Shown one piece after another: positions 26,059 to 41,229 of a stretch of DNA of 64,000 nucleotides. The stretch is taken from positions 3,223,640 through 3,287,639 of the forward strand of contig CM119265.1 in assembly GCA_051294375.1 (NCBI GenBank), given 5' to 3'. Positions within the stretch are counted from its first letter, which is position 1. The number at the start of each line of letters is the position of its first letter. The translations under genes and the position numbers were made by a program. The notes under the pieces were generated by a model. The model was not told the DNA's origin. It was given only the letters and a program-made list of their open reading frames with translations, and did no database searches. This stretch comes from Paraspadella gotoi (lineage: Eukaryota > Animalia > Chaetognatha).

Positions 26059-28528
26059 TCCTCCATTCAGTTCCAATGGAACCCATTACATTCGCTTCCC
26101 TGATTCCCTTGTTTTTTCTTTTTGAGACTCATGGGCGACGATCGACGAATAAGCGAAGTCGAGAGCGCGTTTTTGACCAATCAAAAAGCGAGATTTCTCC
26201 CTCTTACGAAACAGAACCGTTTGTTTTATGGGTGCCGGTTTTGAGCCAATCAACGTGCGAGATTCCTCCATGCTCACATGACGCAGAAAAGTTTTTTTAA
26301 ATTCGTTTACCAATGATAGGAAAGAATCGTCGCCTGACTGACCAATAGCAGCCAAGGGATTCGTTAGCCTCGCTTCTTGAGATGAGATTCTCAATGGATG
26401 AGAAAAAAAGTTTTGACGCAACTTGTAAAGAAAAAAAAGTTTTGAACTTCGTGGTACTAAATATGAATGCTAACAGAATTACAATTTTTAAATAAGAAAT
26501 CAAATGAAAATCTAAATTTAAGAAAAATAAGTAAGAAAGAAATGAACAAAATATGTTTAATTGTGTTTAGTTCCTTTTCAAAGTTTTTTTTTCGTTTGTG
26601 AAAAAGGTCGTTTTAAGATTTGATTTCGCAACGTGCGAGAAAACTTCTGTAATATTTTGGTACTACAATGACGGAAAAAAACACTGATGAATTCGTAGCT
26701 TATAAATACAAAAAACCGACTCTTTATTTCCAAGTTGTTTACATCCACCGTCATCGCAAATCATTGAGAATAAAGAACAGTTTTTCCCAGACGCCAAAAA
26801 GAGAATCCATAAATCCCCTTAAAACAAAAGGAATCGAAAAGTTCAAAGGCTCCTTTCCCTTAAACGCTGATCGCATAACGCCGTTCAAGATCTGTCGTCT
26901 ATAATTTAAACGTCCGCCCCCCTCTCCTTTTTCTCTCCCTCTCAGCTTCCTTCTTTCTATCCTTTCTTTGACTTTCTACCTCCTTTCTCTCCCTCTTTAC
27001 TTTCAAAGAGTCCTTAAGGGAAAATGCCTAGTCGGAGCGAAATTCCTTAGAAAAAAAATTGAGAAAGAAAATAGTTGCTCACCGAGGAAACGGTTTAGTA
27101 AGAGAGAATAAAAGACTTTATTCGTGATCACCCAACTCCTTCATTTTTACGTTGCATTTATGTGAGGCGAACAACTCTGTGTTCTCTTTCTCTCTCTTTT
27201 CTCCGTTTTATTATTATGACTAATTTTTTTTTTAAACGAGATTCCCATAAATTCCTTCATTTGTTTTACCCTGGTCACGTCTTTCCCCTTCGGATGATAT
27301 TTACATTACAGCGCTTCTCGTTGCTACTTTGACATCAAATTTTATGACTTTTATTTTTTTTAGTTTTTTCACTAAAAAAACCTCCGCTGTCCTTTTTTTA
27401 CCCTTTTTTTTCAATCACTCTTCCATCCCCTTAAAAAATAAAATTGTTTTTCTCGCGCTTCCCTTTTTTTGCCTCACGAGGTCCTTAACCCTCGTGTCTT
27501 CTCTGACGCGTTCTTTCAATCTTCCAATCTTTCATCTTTCATCTTTCATCTTGTTTACAATTTTTTACGATCGAAGTCGTAAAATTTGGCGAACATGGTG
27601 GACATGGGTAGAAACCCATAAAAACGATAAAAAATAATAGAACCCTGAGTTTTGTCATAGTTAAGGTTTTTTATAAAGTTTTGATCAGCATAAGTGCGCG
27701 AAAGATGAAAGCGAGTGACAGGAAAGATTAGGGAAGTTTTTTATGATAACAATTTTGAGTTGAATTTTATTATCTTCTATCTAAGATTACCAGATTATCT
27801 ATCTTTGAGATTGAAAAAAAATTAATACAAACAAACCTACAAATACTCTCTCTCTTTCTCTCTTTTTCCTTCTGTTTTTCCTACCTTCAAAAATTGGGCA
27901 AAAAGTTCTGATTAAATTAACTCATAAATCAGAGACTCAATTCCCAAAACTCAGAAAATATACATGGATACGGAGATACGGGTTTTGCCTTTATAAAATT
28001 CAAGAGAAAATGCTCAATACAGGGTCCCGTTAAGAGTTATTCACCTTCTAAGGGAAAAACCTAAATTAAACAAAAAAGGAGAAATATTTCATCCTTATGG
28101 GGAAAAAGGAATAAAGAGACAGCGATTAATAAATCACATGAAAGACTTTAAGATCGGGATAAGAGATTCGGACTTTCGTCCATCGCCTATGAATTTCAAA
28201 TTAAAACACACAACCCTCCCCTTAATAGAATAACGGAAAAGCAAACTCATAAGTCAGGTCTATAATTTAACGCAAGGAGAAGAAGAAAAATAAAGGAATA
28301 AATTTAAGGGTAAAACAATAGAAGTTTTCTTTTCCAAAAAAATACCAAAAATTCGGAGAGAGAGAGAAAAGTTAAGAAATTCTTCTCTCATAGAAAAATT
28401 TGAGGGAAAAATCAACTTTGGAAATTTTTCTTTTTTCTCTCCCGAATTTCGAGATTTAATGTCGCGAAAGATTTGGACACAAATCATCGGCCAAAGCTTT
28501 TCACGGAGGATCGTCACTGTCAGAGAGT

Positions 28529-28605
<77 letters not shown>

Positions 28606-28995
28606 GGAAACAAAAATATTGGTATCCAAGTGAAAATCAATTTCCCATTTTTAACAATAGTTTCCGTTGAAGAATCGATGAACTCAAGAAGTCAATTATG
28701 AGGGTTTTTTTTTTAAAAACTTTTTAGTTTACTTTAAAACAAATTAAAATATCAATTAATTGAAGAAAATAAGAGATAAGAAGATTTGAAGAGAAGGTAA
28801 TTTTTTTTTTGTCGTCAGTAAGAAACGTTTCCACCAGATATATCCGAACTAAAATGACTGTCATTGCTTTTATTTAAATTATTAACGATTCTATGGAAGG
28901 AATAAATGAATAAAAAGAAGAAAAAGAAAAATAGGGGAAAAGTTCTGAGCAGAATTCTGAAAAAAAAAATCTCCTGGGGCACGAGATGAATTTCC

Positions 28996-29113
<118 letters not shown>

Positions 29114-29659
29114 TCGAACCGAACTTAATTTGATGAAACTCGTAACTGTCGTTTCAATTCCATTGCGAATTCGAAACAATAGAACCGCAATGACGCTCGA
29201 TTCCAACAGAAATCTGCAATGGAACCCATTTAATTTAAAACTGAAATGGCATCAACGACATCGCTACAGCAACTTCGGTCTGCGATCGAGGACCAATTTC
29301 CTCACAATAGTAGATTCTTAACAAAATCCAAGACTTCTGCAATCACTTATATACTGAATATTCTTAAGTAGGTAGTCTTATTACGACAAAGTATTACATC
29401 TAATCCTGTCTTATCTCAATATAAAGTTATAAACTATCCTGTCCTACATTCGTCTACAATGAAATTGGTACAACCAATATAAATATTATCCATTAATTCA
29501 ATAAATTAGCTATCTTGCCCCTGACAAGAAAATAACAGCAGGATCCTGCAAGCTTTCAATCGAGACTCTAATTCCCAAAGTAGTATCCTTACTACGACTG
29601 AAAATCTATAACTTCACAAACTGCAGTTACATTGACGAAGTTCTGTCCATTTTCGTCAA

Positions 29660-30055
29660 CTTCGACGTCACTGCCGTCATTTTGTTCGTCACTGACGTAA
29701 TTTTTCTCGGCATCNNNNNNNNNNNNNNNNNNNNNNNNNNNNNNNNNNNNNNNNNNNNNNNNNNNNNNNNNNNNNNNNNNNNNNNNNNNNNNNNNNNNNN
29801 NNNNNNNNNNNNNNNNNNNNNNNNNNNNNNNNNNNNNNNNNNNNNNNNNNNNNNNNNNNNNNNNNNNNNNNNNNNNNNNNNNNNNNNNNNNNNNNNNNNN
29901 NNNNNNNNNNNNNNNNNNNNNNNNNNNNNNNNNNNNNNNNNNNNNNNNNNNNNNNNNNNNNNNNNNNNNNNNNNNNNNNNNNCATCATTTTGTTCGTCAC
30001 TGACATAATTTTTCTCGGCATCATTGACGTCATTCAGTTCCTCGTTCGACGTCAT
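29660..30055. repeat. 45-bp minisatellite, largely hidden by a gap
   Basis: The unit CGTCATTTTGTTCGTCACTGACGTAATTTTTCTCGGCATCATTGA is visible on both sides of the gap at 29715-29982. Confidence 0.75.
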
Positions 30056-31812
30056 ATTCCATGAATTCGATTCATCGTAAAAATTAANNNNNNNNNNNNN
30101 NNNNNNNNNNNNTCTGTCCCGGTCGTCGTCTCCGTCGTCTCGTCTCGTCGTCGTTCGTTCGTCTTTTCACACGAGCTTCAATTATTTAAAACCCCGTAAC
30201 GTTTACGGATGTTAAATAAATTACTAGTTATTGCAGAACACGGAAATAAACCAGAATTGGTATTATATCAATATTTTTACTATTTATTAGTTTAAGTATT
30301 TAGATAAACATATGTGATTTAACATATATTTGTGCATACTAAAAACATTTGCGATAGCCCGAGAAGCCCATTTTATTTCGTTTTTTTTTTGTATTCTTAT
30401 TGATCACGTGATCAAAATCCTTTTCTCACTTCTTCCCTCCCTGCAAACCAAGCCTCTTCGAGGTTGTTCCAGACGGGCGGCCATTTCGGACAGACTCTCC
30501 TCGATTCCCACGCGAGCTCCGCGGAACGCCGCTTCCAAAGGGCGCTCGAGCCCTTGGGTTTTCTCCTCGGCTCCCTCTCCGTGGCACGCTTTGAAAGCCG
30601 CTCAGGGCCTCCCGCCGTTCACCCGGGAGCTTCGTGGCGGAACCATCGAATGTTTACACTATTGATTTTTTTTTTACAATGGAGTAAATTGGGTAGTAAC
30701 TCTTTATTGTAAAAAGGAACATTAATTTCCCTGCGATTTTTTCTTCTCTTTACTTTTTTCTGTTTTTTTATTTTCTCATTTTTTTGTTTCGTTTTCATTT
30801 TTTTCTTTTCTTTTTTCTATTTTCCCTTTAATAGCGTCCTTTGACTTACTCGAATTTTCTCCAGCGATGTAATAGAAACGCACGCCGTCCAACGTTCACC
30901 CCGGCTGTCTAAAAAGGATTAGAACGTCAAGACCCTTTTGTTGAAACGCGGCAAAACGGGATTTTAAATTTAGGTGTGACCGAACCGCGCGACAAACTCA
31001 ATATCGATTATAAAAGTCAGCCAAAAGATCCAATTGAAAAAAAACAAGACACGTTGGTCAACAATTTGGTCATTTGTTCTGATCGTTTGGGTTCTAATTT
31101 TCTTTGTTTACGAAGAAGATTCAGGAATAGGAAGTCAGACAGAAATTTAGATATAATTATTATCCTTAAAAGCATAATTCAGCATCTTTCCACATAATTA
31201 TTTTCACTCGCCTGTATTTAAATCTTTTTGCATACGGCAGTGTTGGGTCAAATGTATTATTTACTACAAACAGAGAAAAGTCTCAAAATTTAAAATATTT
31301 ATATGATTTTTGAAAGAAAAAAAAAGCCAAAAGTTCGAGTTTCCATTTCCATGCATTTGCTTTTGAAGTATTAATCTTCGAGTTCTGAAGTTCGCTCTCA
31401 ACTATTAGACACAACAAAAATATTTTCTTATGAATTACTTTATAAGAAAGAAAAAGTAGTGGAATGTGTGCCACAGTATTAACCGTATTAATCGTTATTA
31501 CACTGTGCGGTTGTGTCAAGCTTTAGAAAAGTTGATGTTTCGTTAAAGGAAAAGTGAATGACTTGAAGGTTCATAGGTGGAGCAGTTATATAAAAAGAAA
31601 GTAGCTGAATAAGATAATGCATTGAAATAATTAATTAAGATAATGAAAAATGGATTGGCATGGAAGCTGAAAGGAAAGAAGGGAAGAATGGGTCAAAAAG
31701 TAGGATGGAAAATTCTAGGAAAAAAAAGAACAATCCGGTTAAGGACCAAAATAGGATGTTTAAAAGGTTTGACGATAACGTTTAAAATTCCCCTTTAAAA
31801 TATCTCTCTCTA

Positions 31813-31848
<36 letters not shown>

Positions 31849-32263
31849 CTCTTCTCTCTCTTCTTCTCATCGCAGTCCCATGAGTTTTTTATTAAAAACT
31901 TTCAAAACCACTTCGTTTCCGAAAATATCTCTACTTTTTTCCTTCAAAATGTTTTCAAATAAAATCTATTGACTTTTTTTCACAAAAAACGAAAACTAAA
32001 ATGAGGTCAGCCTTGAAGATAAACCAAAATACTGAGAAAAATAATAGAACGAAAAAAACGAAACATTTATTTTAGAAATTGGAATCAATGAAGGAAACAA
32101 AGGCATAGAAGAAAGGGATGCCCTTTTGTTCAAGAGAATTTTAATCCTATTGGGTACAACACCGAGGATTCTATCTTTGGAGAACTTCAGTATTCTCATC
32201 ACACTTCATCATTTACGTTGTGACAAATACCGTTTATGCGACTTGTTCTGTTTTAAAGGAAAT

Positions 32264-32312
<49 letters not shown>

Positions 32313-32370
32313 TCTCTCCTCTCTTCTCTCTCTCTCCTCTCTCTTTCTTTCTCTCTCTCTCTCTTTCTCT

Positions 32371-32425
<55 letters not shown>

Positions 32426-32564
32426 GCTTTTTTTTCGGGAACTCAATGCGCCATTCACCCTTTGGGTCTTTTAATAAAAGAAAAAAACAGTTCTTCCTTT
32501 TCTTTTCTTCTTTCTCTTCTTTTTTCATCCTATTTTTCCAACTTTAAAAAAAAAATTCCTCTCT

Positions 32565-32600
<36 letters not shown>

Positions 32601-35271
32601 CTTCCTCCATTCAGTCCAATGGAACCCATTACATTCCCTTCCCTGATTTTCCCTTGTTTTTCTTTTTGAGACTCATGGGCGACGATCGACGAATAAGCGA
32701 AGTCGAGAGCGCGTTTTTGACCAATCAAAAAAAGCGAGATTTCTCCCTCTTACGAAACAAGAACCGTTTGTTTTATGGGTTGCCGGTTTTGACGCCAATC
32801 AACGTGCGAGATTCCTCCATGCTCAACATGACCGCAGAAAAGTTTTTTAAATTCGTTTACCAATGATTAGGAAAGAATCGATCGCGCTGACTGACCAATA
32901 GCAGCCCAAGGGATTCGTAGCCCTCGCTTCTTGAGATGAGATTCTCAAAATGGAGAGAAAAAAAGTTAGACGTGCAAACTTTGTAAAGAAAAAAAAAGTT
33001 TTTGAACTTCGTGGTACTAAATATGAATGCTAACAGAATTACATTTTTAAAATAAGAAATCAAATGAAAATGCCTAAATTAAGAAAAATAAGTAAAGAAG
33101 AAAATGAACAAAAATATGGTTTAATTGTGTTTAGTTCCTTTTCAAAGTTTTTTTTCGTTGGGGAAAGCGTCGTTTTTAAGATTTGATTTCGGCAACGCTG
33201 CGCGAGAAAACTTCTGTAATATTTTCGTACACAATGACGGAAAAAAAAAACACTTGATGAATTCGTAGCTTATAAATACAAAAAACCACTCTTTATTTCC
33301 AAGTTGATTTACACTTCCACCGTCATCGCAAATCATTGAGAATAAAGAACAGTTTTTCCCAGACGCCAAAAAAGAGGAATCCATGAATCCCCTTAAAACA
33401 AAAGAATCGAAAAGTCAAAGGCTCCTTTCCCTTAAACGCTGATCGCATTTAACGCCGTCAAGATCTGTCGTCTATAATTTAAAACATCCGCCCCCCTCTC
33501 TTTTCTTCCCCTCTCAGCTTTCCTTCTTTCTATCCTTTCTTGACTTTTTTACCTCCTTTACCTCTCCCTCTTTACTTTCAAAGAGTCCTTAAGGGAAAAT
33601 GCCTAGTCGGATGCGAAATTCCTTAGAAAAAAAATTGAGAAAGAAAATAGTTGCTCACCGAGGGAAACCGGTTTAGTAAGAGAGAATAAAAGACTTTATT
33701 CGTGATTCACCCAACTCCTCATTTTTACGTTGCATTTATGTGAGGCGAACAACTCTGTCTTCTCTTTCTCTCTTCTTTTCTCCGTTTTATTATATGACTA
33801 CATTTTTTTTTTAAACGAGAATTCCCATAAATTTCCTTTCATTTGTTTTACCTCTGCGTCACGTCTTTCCCCTTCGGATGATATTACATTTACAGCGCTT
33901 CTCGTTGCTTACTTTGACATCAAATTTTATGACTTTTATTTTTTTTAAGTTTTTTCCACTAAAAAAACCTTCCGCTTCCTTTTTTTACCCTGTTTTTTCA
34001 ATCACTCTTCCATCCCCTTAAAAAATAAAATTGTTGTTCTCGCGCTTCCCTTTTTTTGCCTCACGAGGTCCTTAACCCTCAGTGTCTTCTCTTGACGCTT
34101 CTTTCAATCTTTCCAATCTTTCATCTTTCATCTTTCATCTTGTTGGACAATTTTTTACGATCGAAGCTCGTAAAATTTGGGAACAATGGTGGACATGCGG
34201 TAGAAAACCTTCCATATAAACGATAAAAAAATGATAGAACGTGCAGCTTTTGTCATAGTTAAGTTTTTATAAAGTTTTTGATCAGCATAAGTGCGCGAAA
34301 GATTTGAAAGCGAGTGACAGAAAGATTAGGGAAGTTTTTATGATAACAATTTTGAGTTGAATTTTATATCTTCTATCTAAGATTCACCAGATTATCTATC
34401 TTGAGCATGAAAAAAAAAATTAATAACAAACAAACCTACCAATACTCTTCTCTCTTTCTCTCTTTTTTCCTTCTGTTTTTCCTACCTTCAAAATTTGGGG
34501 CAAAAAAAAAACAACAGTTCGATTAAATTAACTCATTAAATCTCCCCAGAGACTCAATTCCCAAAACTCAGAAAAAAATTATACTATGGATAACGGATGA
34601 TACGAGTTTTGCCTTTATAAAAGTTCAGAGAAAATGCTCAATACAGCGCGGTCCGTTTAAAAGTTATTCACCTTCTAAGGAAAAAACCTAAATTAAACCA
34701 AAAAAGGAGAAATATTCATCCTTTATGGGGGGAAAAGGAGGAAATAAAGAGGACAGCGATTTAATTTAATCCATATGAAAGACTTTAAGGGATTTTTTTT
34801 TTTCGGGAATAAAGAGGGGGGGGGATTTCGGGGGGAGGGGGGGGGGGGGGGGGGAAACTTTTTTTTTCCGTCCATCGCCTATGAATTTCAAATTAAACAC
34901 ACAACCCTCCCTCTTAATAGAATAACGGAAAAGCCAAACTCATAAGTCAGGTCTATTAATTTAACGCAAGGGAGAAGAAGAAAAATAAAGGAATAAATTT
35001 AAGGTAAAACATAAAGAAGTTTTTCTTTCAAAAAAATACCAAAAATTCGGAGAAGAGAGCGAAAAAGTTAAGAAATTCTTCTCTCATAGAAAAATTTGAG
35101 GGAAAAATCAACTTTGAAATTTTTCTTTTTTCTCTCCCGAATTTCGAGATTATGTCGCGAAAGAATTGGACACAAATCAATCGGCCAAATGCTTTTCACG
35201 CCGAGGATCGTCACTGAGAGAGTCGGAGGAGAGAAGAGAGAGAGACAGATGAGAGAGAGAGAGAGATAGAG

Positions 35272-35312
<41 letters not shown>

Positions 35313-36384
35313 AAGGAAACAAAAATATTGGTATCCAAGTTGAAATCCAATTTCCCATTTTTTAACAAAGTTTCCTTTGAAGAATCGATGAACTCAAAGG
35401 AAAGTCAATTTATAGGGTTTTTTTTTTAAAAACTTTTTAGTTTACTTTAAAACAAAAATTAAAATATCAATTAAATTGATAAGAAAATAGAGATAAAGAT
35501 TTGAAGAGAAGGTAATTTTTTTTGTCGTCAGTAAGAACGTCCTTCCACCAGATATATCCGAGAAACTAAAATGACTGTCATTGCTTTTATTTAAATTATT
35601 ACGATTCTTATGGAAGGAATAAATGAATAAAAAGAAGAAAAAGAAAAATAGGGAAAAGTTCCTGGAGGCAGATATTCATGAAAAAAAAAAAAAAAATCTC
35701 CTGGGGCACGAGATGAATTCCATGGAGCAGAAGAGAGAGAGCAGAGAGAGAAGAGAGAGAGAGAGAGACGAGACGAGAGAGACGAGAGAGAGGAGAGAAG
35801 AGAGAGAGAGAGAGAGAATGAAATCGAACCGAACTTAATTTGATGGAAAACTCGTAAACTGTCGTTTCAATTTCCTTTTGCGAATTCGAAACAATAGAAC
35901 CGCAATTGACGCTCGATTCCAACAGAAATCTGCAATGGAACCCATTTAATTTAAAAACTGAAATGGCCATCAACGACCATCGCTACAGCAACTTCGGTCT
36001 GCGATCGAGGTACCCCAATATCCTCACAATAGGTAGATCATAATTTGATATCCAAGACTTCTGCAATCACTTTTTATACTGAATATTTTAAGTTGGTATC
36101 TTTTACGACAAAGTATTTTACATCCAAATCCTGTTCCTATCCAATATAAACTATTCCTGCTCCTACATTCGTCTACAATTGAAATTGGTTACAACCAATA
36201 TAAATATTATCCATTAATCAATAAATTAGGCTATCTTGCCCTGACAAGAAAATACAGCAGGATCCTGCAAGCTTTCAATCGAGACTCTAATTCCCAAAAG
36301 AGTAATCGCTTAACTACGGACTGAAAATCTATAACTTCACAAAACTCATATTACATGACGAAGTTCTGTCCATTTCGTCAAACT

Positions 36385-36660
36385 TCGACGTCACTGCCCG
36401 TCATTTTGTTCGTCACTGACGTAATTTTTCTCGGCATCATTGACGTCATTTTGATATCGTTAACTTGACGTCATTTTCTCGGCATCATGATATCATTTTG
36501 TTCGTCACCGACGTCATTTCTCGCGCATTCATTGACGTCATTTTGTTCGTCACTGACGTTCATTTTTCTCGGCATTCATTTACATCATTTTTGTTTCGTC
36601 ACTGCACATAATTTTTCTCGGCATCATTGACGTCATCAGTTCCTCGTTTTCGACGTCATA
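36385..36660. repeat. 45-bp minisatellite (about 5-6 units, made of related 21- and 24-bp subunits)
   Basis: Repeated GACGTCATTTTGTTCGTCACT / GACGTAATTTTTCTCGGCATCATT units. Confidence 0.85.
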
Positions 36661-36913
36661 TTCCATGAATTCGATTCATCGTTAAAAAAATTAATCGTTT
36701 TCGTCCTTTTTTTTTGTATCCGTGACTTTTGAAGGTCGGGGGGGGAGGGGGGAGAGGGGAGAAGGGGAGAGAGAGGGTCATCAGCGGTGAGGTCAACCGT
36801 CGATGGAATGGAGCTTCGGCCGATGGAACCGTGGGAGGTCAAGGTCGTGGGGGAAGCGGTCAACTACATTAGATGGAACCAATACTCATAGAGGCGAAGG
36901 AAGGTGGTAGTAA

Positions 36914-36955
<42 letters not shown>

Positions 36956-37459
36956 GGAGAGAGAAGGACGCAGAGAGAGAGAGCAGAGAGAGAGCACGTG
37001 GCCCTCTCCCTCACCGCCAAAGGATCTTCGAAAGGGTCATCACCGACCGAATCTTCGTTCTGTGACCCTCGGGGTCAATGACCTCCCCGTTCACCGAACA
37101 GAAACTGATTTTGGAGAACAAAAATGGAATACGCATCATCGTTTAAAACGCCGTTAAACACGACGACGACGACGACGACGACGACGATCGTTACGACGAG
37201 TTCTTTCACCCGCGAGTTTTTACGACTTTTTTTCTTTTTGTTCAACGACGAAAATCGTTATTTTTTATTGTAAATCGTTTATATCGAGAAAAAATCTTTT
37301 TGTTCGTGAATTTGAGATCAGAGGTTTTTGTGACGGAAATGTCTGATGGTCGAGGTTGAGATGCAATAGATTCTTGATGGCGTCGGATGAAAATTTACGA
37401 TTTTTTGGTCTGGGAATTGCTGGTAAATCAGAGGTCATATTTGGGCATCGATGAGGTTT

Positions 37460-37531
<72 letters not shown>

Positions 37532-38475
37532 TTCCATTCTTTCTCTAGTTTTATGTATAACAAATAATTTTTACTAACGGTACCCTTTCTTTGCAGGGTG
37601 GAACGGTAGCCAACCGCCTTCATTAAATGAATTCTCCCATCCCTAAAAAATTATATAAATCGTTTTTTTCCTTCGCTAATGTGAGACGCATCACGAATGA
37701 ACGAACTTATGGCGGAAGGCGGTTTCCATTAGGGAGTACCGTCCTTTTTTTATTTCGGCGTGACTGCACTTTTGTCAAACAGATAATTGTAGTTTGTTTT
37801 GAGGGAGACAAATTCGCAAATTGATTATAATTGAAACAACATTCGTCAAGGTTTATATTCATTTTCCTGTCACTCTTTCTGCGACGGTTCATTTTTCATT
37901 TCTCATCACTCCCCCCTTTCCTGCCACGTCTCATTGCCACGTTTCCCTGCCACCATCTTGCCACGGTGCCAGTCGATGCTTCGCCATTTTACCTGACGAA
38001 TCACCATTGAGCGTCACGACTCATTTTCGCTGAACCGAAAATTCCATTCGCAGAGTAAAGTGATTAATGGAACCGAATGACAAGTTTTTGTAGCGAAAGA
38101 AAAAAAAAGTCACTTTAAATGAAAACAAAGACGAAGTCGAAGGAAAATTTTTTTTCTTCGTCTTTTTTTTATTCATAGCTTCCTGTCTTCACATTTCCTC
38201 TTTCTTCTTTTTGATCCTTTAGTTCCTCCCTCTTTTTCTTACATCTTACCTCTCCATTCTTTTCTATAATCTCCTTTTTTTTCTTTCTTCTTTCTTTTAT
38301 TTTTCTTACNNNNNNNNNNNNNNNNNNNNNNNNNTCTTTATTTTAATTTATTCTTTCTCTGGCATTTTTTCTTTCTCTCTCTTTTTTAACGTTTCAAACC
38401 ATGAGCGTCTTCGCTCCGTCAGTGTAATTGATTCTCTCTCTCTCTCCCTCTCATCGTCTCGTTACTCTCTCTCTC

Positions 38476-38523
<48 letters not shown>

Positions 38524-38582
38524 TCTCCCTCCCTCTCCCTTCTCCAACCAAAAAAAATACGGACCAAAGTTCCCTTCAACCC

Positions 38583-40345
38583 AAAAGACCAAAAAGAAAA
38601 AAGAGAGAAAAAAAAAGTCAGACATATAATCTATGGGCAACTCGACTGGCCCGATGACTTCTTCTCCTTGTTAACCTTTCTTTAACAAATTCTCCTCTCT
38701 GCGTTCAGACTGTTCCGCACCCATAGCATGGCATGGAATGGCAGGGTACCATCGCCCCACCCACGGGCGACAACAAAGAAACCAAAAAAAAGAGGACAAA
38801 TCATTAATTCGGATTACGAGGTCCCTCTTCACATCTTCATTCGTTCGTTACAGTGGCAGTCTTTCAGTCTTCGGTTACAAAGAAATACCCACATTTTCCT
38901 TTTATGTTTGGATAAACCTCAAACAAAAACTCTTTTTATGACAATAATTTTTAGTTTTTTTACTTTTTCGAAATTGGCTTCAACCGCTCGCCAAAGACTG
39001 TCGGAACGAATTATTCAAAAAATGACAAAGAAGACAAACTATAAAAAAAAAACTAATTTTTAGCTTACAGAATTGATATAGGAAGTCAAATTTAGGTCTA
39101 CTGCGAAAAAGAGGAGGGGGAGGATCGAAGGAAGAACAAAAAGGATGATATCATATGACAAAATAATGTGGCGAAACTTCAAATTTGAAAGAGATGAAAT
39201 AAGAAAAAAAATGATGACGACACAAAAAAGGAAAAAAAAAACAAAACTGAACATGCGATTTCACCCTTTTAGTCTAAGAAAGATGTGGAGATGTGAGATG
39301 TGAGATGTGAAGCGCGTCGCCGGGCGGCATACCTCGTTCTCGAAAAACAAAATTTGAAAAAAAAAGAAAATGAAAAGTTTTGAAAGAAAAAGGATTTATG
39401 AATATATTTCAAGTTGCTGCCTAAGATATTATGAGAAAGAAAATTAGAAGGATCAAGCAACAACGACGCGAAAGCCACCATTATCCTTTCTATCTCTTGG
39501 CCAAAAGTTTCCACTTAAAAAAGACCAAAAAGAAAAGAGAAAAAAAAAGTCAGACATATAATCTATGGGCAACTCGACTGGCCCCATGACTTCTTTTTTT
39601 TCCTTTCTTTACAATCGGTTCCAGACTGTTCCGCACCCATGGCATGGCATGGAATGGCAGGGGTACCCATCGCCACCCACGGGGGACACAAAGAAACCAA
39701 AAAAAGAGGACAAATCATTAATTCGGATTAACCGAGTCCCTCTGTCACATCTTCATTCGCTTCGTTACAGTGGAGTCCCTTTTTGTCTTTCGTCTTCGGT
39801 TTACAAAGAAGACCCACATTTTCCTTTATGTTTGGATAAACTCAAACAAAACTCTTTTTTATTGACAATAATTTTTTAGTTTTTTTTTTCTTTTTCGAAT
39901 TGGTTCAACCGCTCGCCAAAGACGTGTTCGGAGAATTTCAATGACAAAGAAGACAACTATAAAAAAAAACTATTTTGCTTACGAATTGTTTTGGGTCAAA
40001 TTTAGTCTCTCGAAAGGGGGGGGGTGAGGTAAAGACAAAAGGATGATCATTCGGACAAAATGTGGCGAATCTTCATTTGAAAAGAAGAGAAATAGAAAAA
40101 AAATTGATGACGACGACAAAAAAGAAAAAAAACAAAACTGTGCGTTTCATTTTGTGAGATGTGAGATGTGAGATGTGAACGGTCGCCGGGCGGAATCCTC
40201 GTTTCGAAAGACAATTTGAAAAAAAAGAAAAGAAAAGTTTTGAAAGAAAAAAGGAATTATGAAATTTCAAGTTGCGAAGATTTAATGAGAAAGAAAATTA
40301 GAAAAGGGATAACAAAAAGACAAAAATTATCTTTTATCTCTGGCA
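38583..40345. repeat. ~0.9-kb tandem duplication (38583-39503 and 39517-40345)
   Basis: Collinear copies (e.g. GTCAGACATATAATCTATGGGCAACTCGACTGGCCC at ~38617 and ~39549). The second copy is deletion-rich. Confidence 0.88.
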
Positions 40346-41193
40346 GAACAATTGGCTAAGTTTAACCCTAAACGTTAAGTAAGTTTTTTTTATTAATAAC
40401 AAAAATCATGTTAATAAGCAATGAAAAACATAAAAAAGTAAAAAAATTAAGAAAGAAAACAATATATATTTGATTAAATGAAATAGATTAAATACTTAAT
40501 CCTTCATAAAATATAAAATAACATTTGGCAAATTAACTACACATCACAACATTTCTATCAGTTCTCTATATCACTCTATCCCCCCCCCATCTCCTCTCCG
40601 TCAGTCTCTTCTCTCTCCTCTCTACTCTCTCTCCCTCTTCTGCGTTCCGTCTCTCCTTTCTTCTCTACTCTCGTCTCTCTCTCCTCTCTCGCTTCGTGTC
40701 CCTCTGTCTTTCCCGTTCATCGGATGGAACCTGTCACGTTTTCATGGTACACAGTTTTTTGTCAACGTATTCTACTGTCTTAACGGTTCGATTCACGCAC
40801 GATATTTTAGAAATCGTGTCATCACTCGTGACTCACTTGCTTGGTCTCGTGCACCTTTCACGAGTCTTGCGCCGTTCCTTCTCCATCTCATCTCCTGCTG
40901 TCTCCTGCCCGCACCTCTACGTAACTCTCTATCCTCATATCTCTCTACCTGTCTTCTCCTCTGCTCATCTCTGCTCTCTCATGAAGACGCTCCTTCTCCC
41001 TCCTCTCTCTGCTCTATCATCACTTCTCTCTCCCTTCGTATTGTCGCGCGAAACCGTTCGAAATTCAGCTGGCTACTGCAATGTCTGTGTCGGGAATCGA
41101 ATTGTCCCTACCATGAAAATTTTTATTTCCGCTGCCTCCATGCGTATTCTCTCTCTCATGCTCTCATCTCTCTCTCTCTCCTCTCTCTCTCTC

Positions 41194-41229
<36 letters not shown>

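Noticed and set aside
25562-26125. ORFs rich in SLSLSL or RERERE (here and at 4660, 14005, 28260, 32126, 37265, 41808, 60724 and elsewhere)
   Set aside because: They are translations of (CT)n/(AG)n microsatellites with no other coding signal.
26684-26720. Other CTGANGA cores (also at ~37993, 54498, 59297 and 61003)
   Set aside because: None is followed by stem II plus GAAA and NUH, so they are not hammerheads.
36385-36660. Regularly spaced repeats considered as a CRISPR-like array
   Set aside because: The units are contiguous with no unique spacers, the context is eukaryotic, and no cas genes are present; it is a minisatellite.
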